Source: Candidatus Veblenbacteria bacterium
GTDB taxonomy: Bacteria; Patescibacteriota; Patescibacteriia; Veblenbacterales; UBA10138
Length of the DNA stretch: 48,144 nucleotides
Reading direction: 5' to 3'
Assembly: GCA_037439965.1 (NCBI GenBank)
Contig: JBBIVB010000003.1
Span: forward strand, 1-48,144
Made by a program: the position numbers and the translations under genes. Of the stretch, positions 19,294 through 30,686 are shown in pieces; position 1 is the stretch's first letter, and every line of letters begins with the position of its first letter. The notes beneath the pieces are model-generated. The model did not search any database, was not told the origin of the DNA, and was given only the letters and a program-made list of their open reading frames with translations.

Positions 19294-20146
19294 TCATTTA
19301 GTTGATGAAGCATCATCAACTACAGCTGATATTAGGAGTACTGAAATTAAACATGAAGTACCACTTTATTCTGAATCAATCTTTAATATTGGTAATTTTA
19401 CAGTTACTAATTCGTTACTTAATTCTTGGCTAGTAGTAATATTAATAACTATTTTTTTTATTAGTTTAAGTAAGATTATAAAACAAATTCCTTCCCGACT
19501 TCAGACAGGGATAGAAATAATTATAGAAGGGGCCTTAAAAATAGCTGATTCAGTCACTGGGGATAGAAAAAAGACCTTGAGAATTTTTCCTTTAGTTTTT
19601 GCTTTATTTTTATTTATTTTACTTAATAACTGGTTAGGTTTATTACCAGGAGTTGGTTCTATTGGATTTATTAAGGAAACATCTGGTCATAGAATTTTTA
19701 TTCCTTTATTAAGGGGCGCTACAGCTGATTTTAATACTACTTTGGCGTTAGCTGTGATGTCTGTTTTTGGTGCTAATATTTTTGGTATCATAGTGGTTGG
19801 AGTTTGGAAATATTTTAATAAATTCGTCAATTTACGAGCCTTAGCTAAAATACCAAAAAGAGTTATTAAGGAGCCAACTATTATTATGGTTAATACAATT
19901 AAATTTTTCGTTGGTCTAATAGAAATAGTTGGCGAAATAGCTAAAGTGGCTTCCTTATCTTTTCGATTGTTTGGAAATATCTTTGCGGGTGAAGTATTAC
20001 TTACTTCAATTGCTATTATTTTTGCTTTTATAGCACCAATTCCTTTTATGTTTTTGGAAATAATAGTAAGTATTATCCAGGCATTAATATTTGCTATGTT
20101 AACACTAGTTTATTTTACAGTAGCTAGTACAGAAGAAGAGCATTAA
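19262..20146 (+). CDS. atpB: ATP synthase Fo subunit a
   Basis: NWLGLLPG, TADFNTTLALA and SLSFRLFGNIFAGE (essential Arg). Confidence 0.96.
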   Translation: MIIAQEILVVNHLVDEASSTTADIRSTEIKHEVPLYSESIFNIGNFTVTNSLLNSWLVVILITIFFISLSKIIKQIPSRLQTGIEIIIEGALKIADSVTGDRKKTLRIFPLVFALFLFILLNNWLGLLPGVGSIGFIKETSGHRIFIPLLRGATADFNTTLALAVMSVFGANIFGIIVVGVWKYFNKFVNLRALAKIPKRVIKEPTIIMVNTIKFFVGLIEIVGEIAKVASLSFRLFGNIFAGEVLLTSIAIIFAFIAPIPFMFLEIIVSIIQALIFAMLTLVYFTVASTEEEH

Positions 20147-20217
20147 TATTTAATAATTAATTATTGTTGGTTAAACGGCGACATTAAAAAATAATTATTT
20201 TGTCGAAACTAGTTTAA

Positions 20218-20451
<234 letters not shown>

Positions 20452-20523
20452 TAATCAATTATCAAACAGTGTCTCTGGATTTTCAGAGACATTGTAGAAA
20501 GTTGATTACTTAATAAAAATTTT

Positions 20524-21048
20524 ATGGAAGACATTATTAAATCATTTCATATAGATTGGAAATTAATGATAGCGCAGCTGATTAATTTTGGTATTGTCGT
20601 TTTTGTGGTGTGGCGTTTTGGTTTGCAGCCGCTAATCGGTACCATGGATAAGCGAAATAAAGAGATAGAAAAAGGTTTAGCTGATGCCAAAAGAATTGAG
20701 GAAGAAATTAAACAGTTGGCAGTAACTAAAGAGGAAATAATTAAGGAAGCAAAAAAGCAGGCAGAAAATGTTAGACAAGAGGCGGAGGCGGCAGCTGAAG
20801 CGCAAAGGCAGGAAACATTAACTAGAGTGCGAATAGAGGCGGCCAAAGTATTAGAAGAGGAAAAACAGAAGTTTGCTGTGGAGAAAGAACGATTATTGCA
20901 TGAAGTTAGAAGGCAGGCAGCTAGTTTGATAGTGCAGGCTACAGCTAAAGTATTAGGTAAAACAGTAACGCCTACTTTAGATCGTAAGGTAGTAGAAGAG
21001 TCAATTCAGGAAGTAGTCAATAAACAGTATCATAATCATAAAAAATAA
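20524..21048 (+). CDS. atpF: ATP synthase Fo subunit b
   Basis: AQLINF TM segment followed by an Ala/Glu/Lys coiled coil. Confidence 0.95.
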   Translation: MEDIIKSFHIDWKLMIAQLINFGIVVFVVWRFGLQPLIGTMDKRNKEIEKGLADAKRIEEEIKQLAVTKEEIIKEAKKQAENVRQEAEAAAEAQRQETLTRVRIEAAKVLEEEKQKFAVEKERLLHEVRRQAASLIVQATAKVLGKTVTPTLDRKVVEESIQEVVNKQYHNHKK

Positions 21049-21050
21049 TT

Positions 21051-21446
21051 ATGAAAAAGACACCTCGTTATTATGCTAAAGAGTTATTAACCGCGGTTTT
21101 AAAAAATCCCAGTGACTGTGAGTTGTTAATTACCAGATTTTGGCAACAGATGTTAATTAATAAATATTTTGGTTGGCGAAGAAGGATACTTCAGGAAATA
21201 GATGATTTATGGTACGAGCTTACGGAGCAAACTAAAGTCATAGTAACTACTAGCAGGGAGTTATCAGCTTCGGAAAAACAGATTATTATTAAACAAATTA
21301 AAACTAGCTTACCAAACGATTGCTATATTGATTGGCAGCTCAAACCTCATTTATTGGGTGGGGTAATAATTACGATAAATGGCGAGCGATACGATTTGAG
21401 TTTTAAAGGGCAGTTGGATAAACTTTATTTTAAACTTAGTCAATAA
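21051..21446 (+). CDS. atpH: ATP synthase F1 subunit delta (short, divergent)
   Basis: Operon position; RYYAK.L N-terminus and P.LLGGVII....RYDLS C-terminus. Confidence 0.85.
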   Translation: MKKTPRYYAKELLTAVLKNPSDCELLITRFWQQMLINKYFGWRRRILQEIDDLWYELTEQTKVIVTTSRELSASEKQIIIKQIKTSLPNDCYIDWQLKPHLLGGVIITINGERYDLSFKGQLDKLYFKLSQ

Positions 21447-21469
21447 TTATTAATTTTTGGAAAGTTTGT

Positions 21470-22975
21470 ATGTCACAATTAACTAAAGATTTTTTGCTTA
21501 AATCATTAACTAGTAAATTGGCTGAATTTGAAAAAAGTATAGTTGGGGAAAAGATAGGAACGGTGGTGGAAGTAGGCGATGGTATTGCTAAAATTTCAGG
21601 CTTAGCTGAAGTAATGGCTGGCGAAATGATAGAATTTTCTAAAGGTATTTTTGGTGTAGCTTTAAATTTAGAAGAATCAATGGTAGGCGCTATGATTTTG
21701 GGAGATTATCTGGAGATTAAAGAAGGTGATACAGTTAAATCTACCGGCCGTATTTTATCTGTGCCTTGTGGAGCAGGGGTAATTGGACGAGTGGTTAATC
21801 CTTTAGGCGAGCCGTTGGATAGCAAAGGTCCGGTGAAGTCAGAAACTTATTATCCAGTAGAAAAAATAGCTCCCGGTGTTATTACTAGACAGAAAGTTAA
21901 TACACCTTTACAGACCGGTATTAAAGCTATTGATTCTATGATTCCTATAGGCCGTGGGCAGCGTGAGCTTATTATTGGTGACCGCCAAACAGGTAAAACT
22001 GCTTTAGCGATTGACACTATTATTAATCAAAAAGGACAAAATATTTTTTGTATTTATGTAGCCATTGGTCAAAAGGAATCTAAAGTAGCCAAAATATTAG
22101 CTAAATTAGAAGAAGTGGGCGCCATGGAATATACTGCGGTGGTACTGGCTGGCGCTTCGGATCCAGCAGCTTTGTCGTTTTTAGCGCCATATGCAGGTTG
22201 TGCGATGGGTGAATATTTTATGGATAAAGGTGAAGATGTATTACTTGTCTATGATGATTTATCAAAACACGCTGTAGCTTATAGACAAATTTCTTTACTC
22301 TTGCGAAGACCACCAGGACGTGAAGCTTATCCGGGAGATATTTTTTATTTACACTCACGCCTCTTAGAGCGTTCAGCAAAAATGAGCAAGGATTATGGCG
22401 GTGGTAGTTTGACCGCTTTGCCGATTATTGAGACTCAAGCTGGCGATGTATCGGCTTATATTCCTACTAACGTGATTTCCATTACCGATGGACAAATTTA
22501 TTTAGAAAGTGATCTTTTCTATCAAGGTATCAGGCCGGCAGTAAATGTTGGTTTGTCAGTTTCTCGTGTTGGTTCGTCAGCACAAATTAAAGCTATGAAA
22601 GAAGTGGCTGGTAAGCTTCGTCTTGACGTAGCCCAGTATCACGAGTTAGCCGCTTTCGCCCAATTTGGTTCAGATCTTGATGAAGCTACTAAAAAACGGT
22701 TAGAGCGCGGCAAACGTGTTACTGAAGTATTAAAACAAGGCCAATATGAACCAATGGATGTTGCTTGGCAGATAGTTATTTTATATGCGGCAGTTAATGG
22801 TTATTTAGATGATATTCCTGTAGAACAGATTAAATCTTTTGAGAAACGTTTAACTGATCATCTAAGGAGAAATCCACTAGTTAAAATGATTCATGAGAAA
22901 AAGGAACTAATTCCAGAAATTGAGGAACAAATAAAATCAGTGATTAATGAAGTTAAACAATTAGAAGTAAAATAA
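21470..22975 (+). CDS. atpA: ATP synthase F1 subunit alpha
   Basis: GDRQTGKT and [12 protein letters not shown]. Confidence 0.99.
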   Translation: MSQLTKDFLLKSLTSKLAEFEKSIVGEKIGTVVEVGDGIAKISGLAEVMAGEMIEFSKGIFGVALNLEESMVGAMILGDYLEIKEGDTVKSTGRILSVPCGAGVIGRVVNPLGEPLDSKGPVKSETYYPVEKIAPGVITRQKVNTPLQTGIKAIDSMIPIGRGQRELIIGDRQTGKTALAIDTIINQKGQNIFCIYVAIGQKESKVAKILAKLEEVGAMEYTAVVLAGASDPAALSFLAPYAGCAMGEYFMDKGEDVLLVYDDLSKHAVAYRQISLLLRRPPGREAYPGDIFYLHSRLLERSAKMSKDYGGGSLTALPIIETQAGDVSAYIPTNVISITDGQIYLESDLFYQGIRPAVNVGLSVSRVGSSAQIKAMKEVAGKLRLDVAQYHELAAFAQFGSDLDEATKKRLERGKRVTEVLKQGQYEPMDVAWQIVILYAAVNGYLDDIPVEQIKSFEKRLTDHLRRNPLVKMIHEKKELIPEIEEQIKSVINEVKQLEVK

Positions 22976-22983
22976 TTAATTTT

Positions 22984-23925
22984 ATGTCCCAAGCATCTAG
23001 AGAAAGTAGGCGGCGTATACGCTCCATCAAAAATATAAGGCAGATAACTCGTGCTATGGAAATGGTAGCAGCCTCTAAAATGCGCAAAGCAGTAGCCAAC
23101 GTATTAGCCACCCGCGTCTATGCTAATTTGGGCTGGCAGATGTTACAGGAATTGGTTAAGCGTACTGACCCTAAACATCATCCTTTATTGCGTAAACCAG
23201 AAAAAATTAAGCGTGTTGGTTTGGTTGTTGTTACTTCTAATAGGGGACTATGCGGTGGCTTTAATCATCAATTAACTAATAGGGCGAATTTATATATTCA
23301 AAGGTACCGCGAACAAGAGGTAGAGTTAGAGGCAGATTTAGTAGCGGTTGGTAAACGTGGACGTGATATTATGTTTAGGCATGGATATACCATAGTGGCG
23401 GAGTTTATCAAAGCAGATATTACTACTAAAATCGACGAAGTGACTCCAATTGCTAAATTACTAATCGACGACTATTTGCATGGTAAGTATAATCGTATTG
23501 TGATGGCCTATACTGATTTCGTTTCTCCGGTAGTACAGAAACCACGCCTAAAACAATTATTACCAATTGAATTAGAAGAAGATCTAGAATTAGGGCGAGT
23601 CCGGTTACCTGATTTAAATAAAACAAATCAATCAATAAAAGAGGAGATGATTGATTTTTATAATTATGAATATTTGTTTGAGCCTAGTCCAGATCAAGTG
23701 TTGGAAGATTTGCTACCAAGATTATTGGAGATACAAATTTACCAAGCATTATTAGAATCTGATGCCTCAGAGCATTCAGCAAGAATGTTAGCTATGCGTA
23801 ACGCTTCTGATGCGGCTAATGATATGATTTCTTCTTTAACCTTAATTTATAACCAAGCACGGCAGCAATCTATTACTGCTGAATTAGCAGATATTACAGG
23901 CGGCCGAGTAGCGGTGGAGGGATAG
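22984..23925 (+). CDS. atpG: ATP synthase F1 subunit gamma
   Basis: ITRAMEMVAASK, RGLCG, SEHSARM and RQQSITAEL. Confidence 0.98.
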   Translation: MSQASRESRRRIRSIKNIRQITRAMEMVAASKMRKAVANVLATRVYANLGWQMLQELVKRTDPKHHPLLRKPEKIKRVGLVVVTSNRGLCGGFNHQLTNRANLYIQRYREQEVELEADLVAVGKRGRDIMFRHGYTIVAEFIKADITTKIDEVTPIAKLLIDDYLHGKYNRIVMAYTDFVSPVVQKPRLKQLLPIELEEDLELGRVRLPDLNKTNQSIKEEMIDFYNYEYLFEPSPDQVLEDLLPRLLEIQIYQALLESDASEHSARMLAMRNASDAANDMISSLTLIYNQARQQSITAELADITGGRVAVEG

Positions 23926-23986
23926 TGATAGATAACAAATGGCCAATAGCTAATATTATCTTACTAAATAATTTATAAAAACTTAG

Positions 23987-25390
<1,404 letters not shown>

Positions 25391-25462
25391 CAAGAGTAAA
25401 AGGATAAAGTAAGAGTTTTTCTTCTTAAATTCTCTTATTACTTACACTTAACTCGTATTATA

Positions 25463-25906
25463 ATGAAGACAATTCATTTTCAAATAGCAACACCAGAACG
25501 CGTGGTTTTTGATGCACCCAACGCTGAAGCTATTACTTTGCCGACTAAAATGGGTGAAATAACAATTTTACCTGACCATTTACCTTTAGTAGCATCATTA
25601 GCAGCCGGTGAAGTACGGGTTAAAGTTGGCGGTGAAGAAGTATCTATGGCGGTTGCAGGTGGATTTATTGAAGTGAAACCTGGCAAGGTGGTGGTTTTGG
25701 CCGATAATGCCGAGCGGGCAGAGGAAATTGATGAAAAACTGGCCGAAGAAGCGTGCGAGCGAGCTAGTAAGTTAATGCAGGAGAAAAGAGCGGATGCTGA
25801 AGAATACGCAGGGCTCTCTGCTAAACTGGAAAGGGAGTTGGCACGTCTTAAAGTGGTACGTAAACATCGCGAACGAAAAACTTTAGGCCCTAAAATTGAG
25901 GAATAA
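25463..25906 (+). CDS. atpC: ATP synthase F1 subunit epsilon
   Basis: IATPER, GEITILPDH, GGFIEV and a C-terminal helical hairpin. Confidence 0.96.
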   Translation: MKTIHFQIATPERVVFDAPNAEAITLPTKMGEITILPDHLPLVASLAAGEVRVKVGGEEVSMAVAGGFIEVKPGKVVVLADNAERAEEIDEKLAEEACERASKLMQEKRADAEEYAGLSAKLERELARLKVVRKHRERKTLGPKIEE

Positions 25907-25935
25907 AATTTCATTATAAGTTAAATATTTTAGCC

Positions 25936-25992
25936 TTGACATTTTTTGATTGTTCATCTATTATGAATTATTAAAAATGTCGTTCTTTATAC
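25936..25992 (+). promoter_or_regulatory. Sigma70 promoter plus boxA-like motif
   Basis: TTGACA-N17-TATTAT (25936-25964); GTTCTTTATAC at 25982-25992. Confidence 0.65.
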
Positions 25993-26016
25993 AAATTAAC
26001 AAAAGGAAAAAAATTT

Positions 26017-26451
26017 ATGTCTCATAATTGTGAAAGTTTGGTTTTACGCTGTATGGATTGGCGTTTGTGGTCAGGATTGGAGGATTGGTTTACTAGTTCG
26101 GGTATGGCACAAGGCGGGTTTGACCTCGTATCAGTTGCTGGAGCTGTCAAAAGCTTAACATCTCCCAGTGGCGAAGCAGAAAAGGAGTTTATACTTAAGC
26201 ATATTAAAATTTCTCGCGATCTGCATCACATTAAGCGTGTGATTATTATCAATCACACTGATTGCGGTGGCTATGGTGGTAGCCAAAAGTTTTCTGATCA
26301 GCAAGCAGAACTAGAATTTCATAGAAATGAATTAAACCAAGCAGTTGCTATTATTTCAGAACGTTTTCCTGAAATTACTATAGAGAAATATCTTGCTTTG
26401 TTAAAAGAGCAATCTGGTAAATGGCAGGTTACTGTAGAAAAAGTTTCCTAA
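26017..26451 (+). CDS. Beta-class carbonic anhydrase-like protein
   Basis: Zn ligands CMDWR and HTDCG; VAGA motif. Confidence 0.8.
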   Translation: MSHNCESLVLRCMDWRLWSGLEDWFTSSGMAQGGFDLVSVAGAVKSLTSPSGEAEKEFILKHIKISRDLHHIKRVIIINHTDCGGYGGSQKFSDQQAELEFHRNELNQAVAIISERFPEITIEKYLALLKEQSGKWQVTVEKVS

Positions 26452-26470
26452 ATTTTAATCAAAAATAAAG

Positions 26471-26504
26471 ATGCCGGTAATTTTCCTTATCGGCATTATT
26501 TTTT
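26471..26504 (+). terminator. Intrinsic terminator
   Basis: ATGCCGGTAA-ttttcc-TTATCGGCAT followed by a T run. Confidence 0.7.
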
Positions 26505-26718
26505 AGTGTTTTATTTTGATTTTAGATGCAAAATATACCAGCGCAAGAGTTAATAAGGTTTCCTAATAATATTATAAACATTCACAGCAAGTGTTATAAC
26601 CCTCTGGTTGTGGTTATTAAATTATTAAATAAGTGTATTAATATTACCTAATTACTCTTAAAAAATTTAGAATTAAGTGTAAATACAATAGCTTTTCATA
26701 CGATAACATCTAGTCTAA

Positions 26719-26739
26719 TTTATCAATGATTGATAAACT
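26719..26739 (+). promoter_or_regulatory. 9-1-9 palindrome overlapping an extended -10 of the helicase gene
   Basis: TTTATCAAT-G-ATTGATAAA (26719-26737); TGaTAAACT (26731-26739) 6 nt before ATG. Confidence 0.5.
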
Positions 26740-26745
26740 AAAGTT

Positions 26746-29700
26746 ATGGTGAAAAAGCTAGTAACTAGTCATTTGCTTAAAGATTTAAACCAAGAGCAGG
26801 AAGCGGCGGTAACGCACGGTGATGGACCTTTATTAATTGTGGCCGGTGCTGGTACTGGTAAAACTACAGTAATTACCAAGCGAGTTGCCTGGTTGATTGA
26901 ACAGGGTTTGGCCAAACCAGATCAGATTTTGGCTTTGACCTTTACCGACAAGGCGGCTCAAGAAATGGAAGAGCGGGTGGATAAATTATTGCCTTTGGGC
27001 TATGTAAATTTATGGATTTCTACTTTCCATTCTTTTGCTGAGCGCATACTTAAAGATTATGGTTTAGATATTGGTTTGCCGGGCGATTTTAAGCTTTTGA
27101 CCACCACAGAACAGTGGCTTTTGGTTAAACAAAATTTGGATAAATTTGATTTGGATTACTATCGGCCTTTGGGTAATTCTACAAAATTTGTTCATGCGCT
27201 CTTAAAACATTTTTCCCGTGCTAAGGATGAGGAGGTATATCCAGAAGATTATTTAAAGCTAGTCGAGAGTAAAAAATTGGATGCAGGTTTGGGAGAATAT
27301 GTTAAAAAAACAAAAACCAAAAATCAAAAATCAAAATTAAAGCAACTTGATGTGGAAGCCGAGGTGGAAGAGGGAGAGATTTTGAGGCTGGAAGAAGTGG
27401 CGCGGGCTTATCATGTTTATCAAAAATTATTATTAGATAATAATGCATTAGATTTTGGTGATTTAATTAATTATTGTTTAAAACTTTTCCGTCAACGTCC
27501 TAAAATTTTAAAACATTTCCGCGAGCAATTTAAATATATTTTGATTGATGAATTTCAAGATACTAATTATGCGCAGTATGAGTTAATTAAAATTTTAGCT
27601 CAACCAGCTAACAACATAACAGTGGTAGGTGATGACGATCAGTCTATTTTTAAATTTCGCGGCGCTTCTATTTCCAATATTTTGGAATTCAAAAAGGATT
27701 ATCCTAAAAGTAAAGAAATATTGCTTACTACTAATTATCGCAGTACGCAAGATATTTTAGATTTATCTTATAAATTTATTCAGCAGAATAATCCTTACCG
27801 GTTGGAAGTTAAATTAAGTCAAGGTGTAAAAAAATTATCTAAAAAATTAAAAGCCATTGATAAAGGTCAAGGCCAAATAGAACTTTTGACTTTTAGTAAT
27901 ATGCACCAAGAAGCTTTTGGGGTAGTAAATAAAATAATTACCTTAAAGAACAAAGACGCCGGAGCCTCTTGGAATGATTTTGCTATTTTAGTTAGAGCTA
28001 ACGCTTCAGCTGAACCGTTTTTACAATCTTTACGCAAAGCTAGTATACCTTTTGAATATGTAGCCAGCCGCGGCCTTTATCGGGAAGAAATAATTTTAGA
28101 TTTAATTGCTTATTTTAAGTTGTTGGATAATTATCATGAATCGCAAAGTTTGTATAGGGTCTTAACTACTCCTTGGTTTAAATTACCCAATGGTGATTTA
28201 TCCAGTCTTCTTTATTTTGCCAACCGCAAAAACCTTTCTTTATATGAGGCCCTAACTTTAGCTAAAACTATTCCTTTATCAACTGAAGCCCAATCAATAG
28301 TTGATAACTTATTAAATTTTATCACTAAACATTCTAGTTTTGCTCGCGAGAAAACTGTTTCAGAAACTTATTTGCGTGTGATACACGATATTGGGGTAAG
28401 CGATTGGTTGGTACAAAATCAGGATAATTATGAGGTTATTAAACAAGCCAATTTCCTCTCCGCCTTTTTCAAGGAAATTCAGGAGTTTGAATTAGATAAT
28501 AGTGATAAAAGTTTAAACAATTTTTTGAATTTATTTGAGTTGGGGTTAGAAGCTGGGGAAGAAGGTGAATTACCGCCAGCTTGGGAAGAGGGTCCAGAGA
28601 TGGTAAAAGTAATAACAGTGCATTCAGCTAAAGGTTTAGAGTTTAAATATGTATTCATTGTGCAATTAGTGGATAGACGTTTTCCTTCTACCGAACGTCG
28701 CGAAACCATCGCTTTACCAACAGAATTAATTAAAGAAATTTTACCAGAAGGCGATGTGCATTTACAGGAAGAACGGCGTTTATTTTATGTTGCAATGACG
28801 CGAGCCAAGCGCGGTTTATATTTTACCTATGCACTTGATTATTTTGGTAAACAAAAAAGAAAACCTTCGCAATTTTTATATGAACTGGGCTTAATATCAA
28901 AAGATGCGGATAGTAAGTTATCATTAAAAGATGAACCAATGTTAGTCAATCCAGGAACTATTAGCAAAAGAAGAGTTGCATATGCTGTTCCTGAACAATT
29001 TTCTTTTTCATCTATTTCTAGTTATTTAAAATGTCCTTTGGAATTTAAATATCGTTATTTGCTTAAAATTCCTACGCCAGGTAATGCTCATTTAAGTTTT
29101 GGTTCTAGTATGCACAAGACCTTGGAAAATTTTATGAAACTTTGGCAAAGCCGTTTATCATCGGAACAATTAGGATTATTTGGTGTAGATAGTAAAATTA
29201 AAAACAAAGCGCAATTACCAGCTTTTAAAGAATTAGAAAAAATTTATCAAGCATCTTGGTTAGATGATTGGTATGAGAGTAAGCGGGAGCGGGATGATTT
29301 TAAAAAAAGGGGATTAAAACAAATTAAGATTTTTTATGAGGCAATTAAAGATAATCCACCTCAACCAAAATATATTGAACAATTTTTCAAAATAAAATTT
29401 GGAGATTATAAATTTGTTGGCAAAATAGATAGAATAGATAGTGTTAGGGGTGGGCTTAATATTATTGATTATAAAACCGGCGAAAATCCCCCTCGTAATT
29501 TAGAGAAAGTAGATCGGGATCAATTATTAATTTATCAGTTAGCGGTGCAGGAATTTTTGCAAGAAAAAGTATTAAATTGTCAGTATTGGTATTTAAATAA
29601 AAATGTTTGGTCTAACCCTTTCTTAGGTTCACAGGAAGAGTTAGTTGATTTAAAAGATCGCTATATAGAAATTATAAAACAAATTATTGAATCTATAAGA

Positions 29701-29766
29701 ACCGACAATTTTGCCGAGATTCATAAAGATGGTGGTCATGATTGTCAATATAAGTTTTTAACGTAA
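26746..29766 (+). CDS. UvrD/PcrA-family SF1 DNA helicase fused to a C-terminal PD-(D/E)xK nuclease (AdnAB/AddA-like)
   Basis: AGAGTGKT, DEFQD, VGDDDQSI, NYRS, HSAKGLEF and EERRLFYVAMTRAK; nuclease part CP..F, GKIDRID, IIDYKTG and QLLIY. Confidence 0.93.
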   Translation: MVKKLVTSHLLKDLNQEQEAAVTHGDGPLLIVAGAGTGKTTVITKRVAWLIEQGLAKPDQILALTFTDKAAQEMEERVDKLLPLGYVNLWISTFHSFAERILKDYGLDIGLPGDFKLLTTTEQWLLVKQNLDKFDLDYYRPLGNSTKFVHALLKHFSRAKDEEVYPEDYLKLVESKKLDAGLGEYVKKTKTKNQKSKLKQLDVEAEVEEGEILRLEEVARAYHVYQKLLLDNNALDFGDLINYCLKLFRQRPKILKHFREQFKYILIDEFQDTNYAQYELIKILAQPANNITVVGDDDQSIFKFRGASISNILEFKKDYPKSKEILLTTNYRSTQDILDLSYKFIQQNNPYRLEVKLSQGVKKLSKKLKAIDKGQGQIELLTFSNMHQEAFGVVNKIITLKNKDAGASWNDFAILVRANASAEPFLQSLRKASIPFEYVASRGLYREEIILDLIAYFKLLDNYHESQSLYRVLTTPWFKLPNGDLSSLLYFANRKNLSLYEALTLAKTIPLSTEAQSIVDNLLNFITKHSSFAREKTVSETYLRVIHDIGVSDWLVQNQDNYEVIKQANFLSAFFKEIQEFELDNSDKSLNNFLNLFELGLEAGEEGELPPAWEEGPEMVKVITVHSAKGLEFKYVFIVQLVDRRFPSTERRETIALPTELIKEILPEGDVHLQEERRLFYVAMTRAKRGLYFTYALDYFGKQKRKPSQFLYELGLISKDADSKLSLKDEPMLVNPGTISKRRVAYAVPEQFSFSSISSYLKCPLEFKYRYLLKIPTPGNAHLSFGSSMHKTLENFMKLWQSRLSSEQLGLFGVDSKIKNKAQLPAFKELEKIYQASWLDDWYESKRERDDFKKRGLKQIKIFYEAIKDNPPQPKYIEQFFKIKFGDYKFVGKIDRIDSVRGGLNIIDYKTGENPPRNLEKVDRDQLLIYQLAVQEFLQEKVLNCQYWYLNKNVWSNPFLGSQEELVDLKDRYIEIIKQIIESIRTDNFAEIHKDGGHDCQYKFLT

Positions 29767-29767
29767 T

Positions 29768-30058
29768 ATGTTTCAATCAATAAAAAAAGTATTATCATCT
29801 CGTTTAGGTGAGCATGGAATTTTACAGCAGGCGATAGCTGCTCAAATAATTGAATTGGTAAAAAATTATATCAGAGGAAGGTGGGGAAAAAGCGCTAAAG
29901 ATAGCTTAAGGGGTGTATTTTTAAAGCAAGATACTTTAGAAATAATGGTCTCATCTTCCGTGGTAGCACAGGAATTTAAATTAGCTGAAATGGAAATTTT
30001 AGAAGTCTTAGAAAAAGAGTTTCCAAATAGAGTTAAAAGATTAAAGATTTTTGGCTAA
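29768..30058 (+). CDS. DciA/DUF721 family protein
   Basis: 96 aa with the L.I.VSSSVVAQE.K....EIL..L pattern typical of DciA. Confidence 0.7.
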   Translation: MFQSIKKVLSSRLGEHGILQQAIAAQIIELVKNYIRGRWGKSAKDSLRGVFLKQDTLEIMVSSSVVAQEFKLAEMEILEVLEKEFPNRVKRLKIFG

Positions 30059-30196
30059 AATTAGCATATATTTTATACATCACTAAGGACTATTAAACTC
30101 TTGTATAAGCCTTGAAAAAATGATAAAATTAAGGGTATAGGGGATACCCTTATTTTATTACTCTTAAGAGAGGTTTCGTATTGGTAAATCTAACCC

Positions 30197-30266
30197 CCTG
30201 TCATTCCCGCGAAAGCGGGAATGACAGGAATCTAGAATCTTGATTCCCGATTGGATCGGGGATGAC
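30197..30266. repeat. dRS3/REP-like palindromic element (GTCATTCCC...GGGGATGAC)
   Basis: Perfect 14-bp stem CCTGTCATTCCCGC-GAAA-GCGGGAATGACAGG containing ATTCCC-N8-GGGAAT, followed by a second unit GATTCCCGATTGGATCGGGGATGAC. Confidence 0.8.
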
Positions 30267-30285
30267 GCAAAAAGGAGGAAAACCT

Positions 30286-30675
30286 GTGACTTTAAAACGA
30301 TATTTAATCTTAATGATTATTAGCACGTTGGTGGCTTGGGCGGCCTGGTGGGCAGTGGTTAATTATTTAGACCCCCAAGCTACTGGAAATTTAAGTTTTT
30401 GGTTTTTTTATTTGTCTTTATTAATTGCTATAGTAGGCACCGCTACTTTGATAGGTTTTGGTTTGCGTCGTTTAATTCATCGCCATGATGTTATTTTCCG
30501 CCAAGTATCCATATCTTTTCGGCAAGGAATTTTATTGGGCATAGCAATTATTTTAAGTTTATTATTGCAAGGGCAGAATTTATTTACTTGGTGGAATTTT
30601 GTTATTCTAATAGCAATTTTAACAATAATAGAATTTTTCTTTTTATCCGTTAGGCGAGCACCGCCTACACAATAA
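30286..30675 (+). CDS. Hypothetical four-TM membrane protein
   Basis: Hydrophobic, with DP, FFYLSL, SFRQG and IEFFF motifs. Start moved to GTG 30286 behind AGGAGG (30273-30278). Confidence 0.8.
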   Translation: MTLKRYLILMIISTLVAWAAWWAVVNYLDPQATGNLSFWFFYLSLLIAIVGTATLIGFGLRRLIHRHDVIFRQVSISFRQGILLGIAIILSLLLQGQNLFTWWNFVILIAILTIIEFFFLSVRRAPPTQ

Positions 30676-30686
30676 TTTAAATTTTT

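Noticed and set aside
26505-26718. Small gene between the carbonic anhydrase and the helicase
   Set aside because: Only very short ORFs on either strand and no recognisable motif.
30262-30285. ATG start of the membrane protein at 30262
   Set aside because: The ATG belongs to the repeat end (ATGAC); AGGAGG points to GTG 30286.
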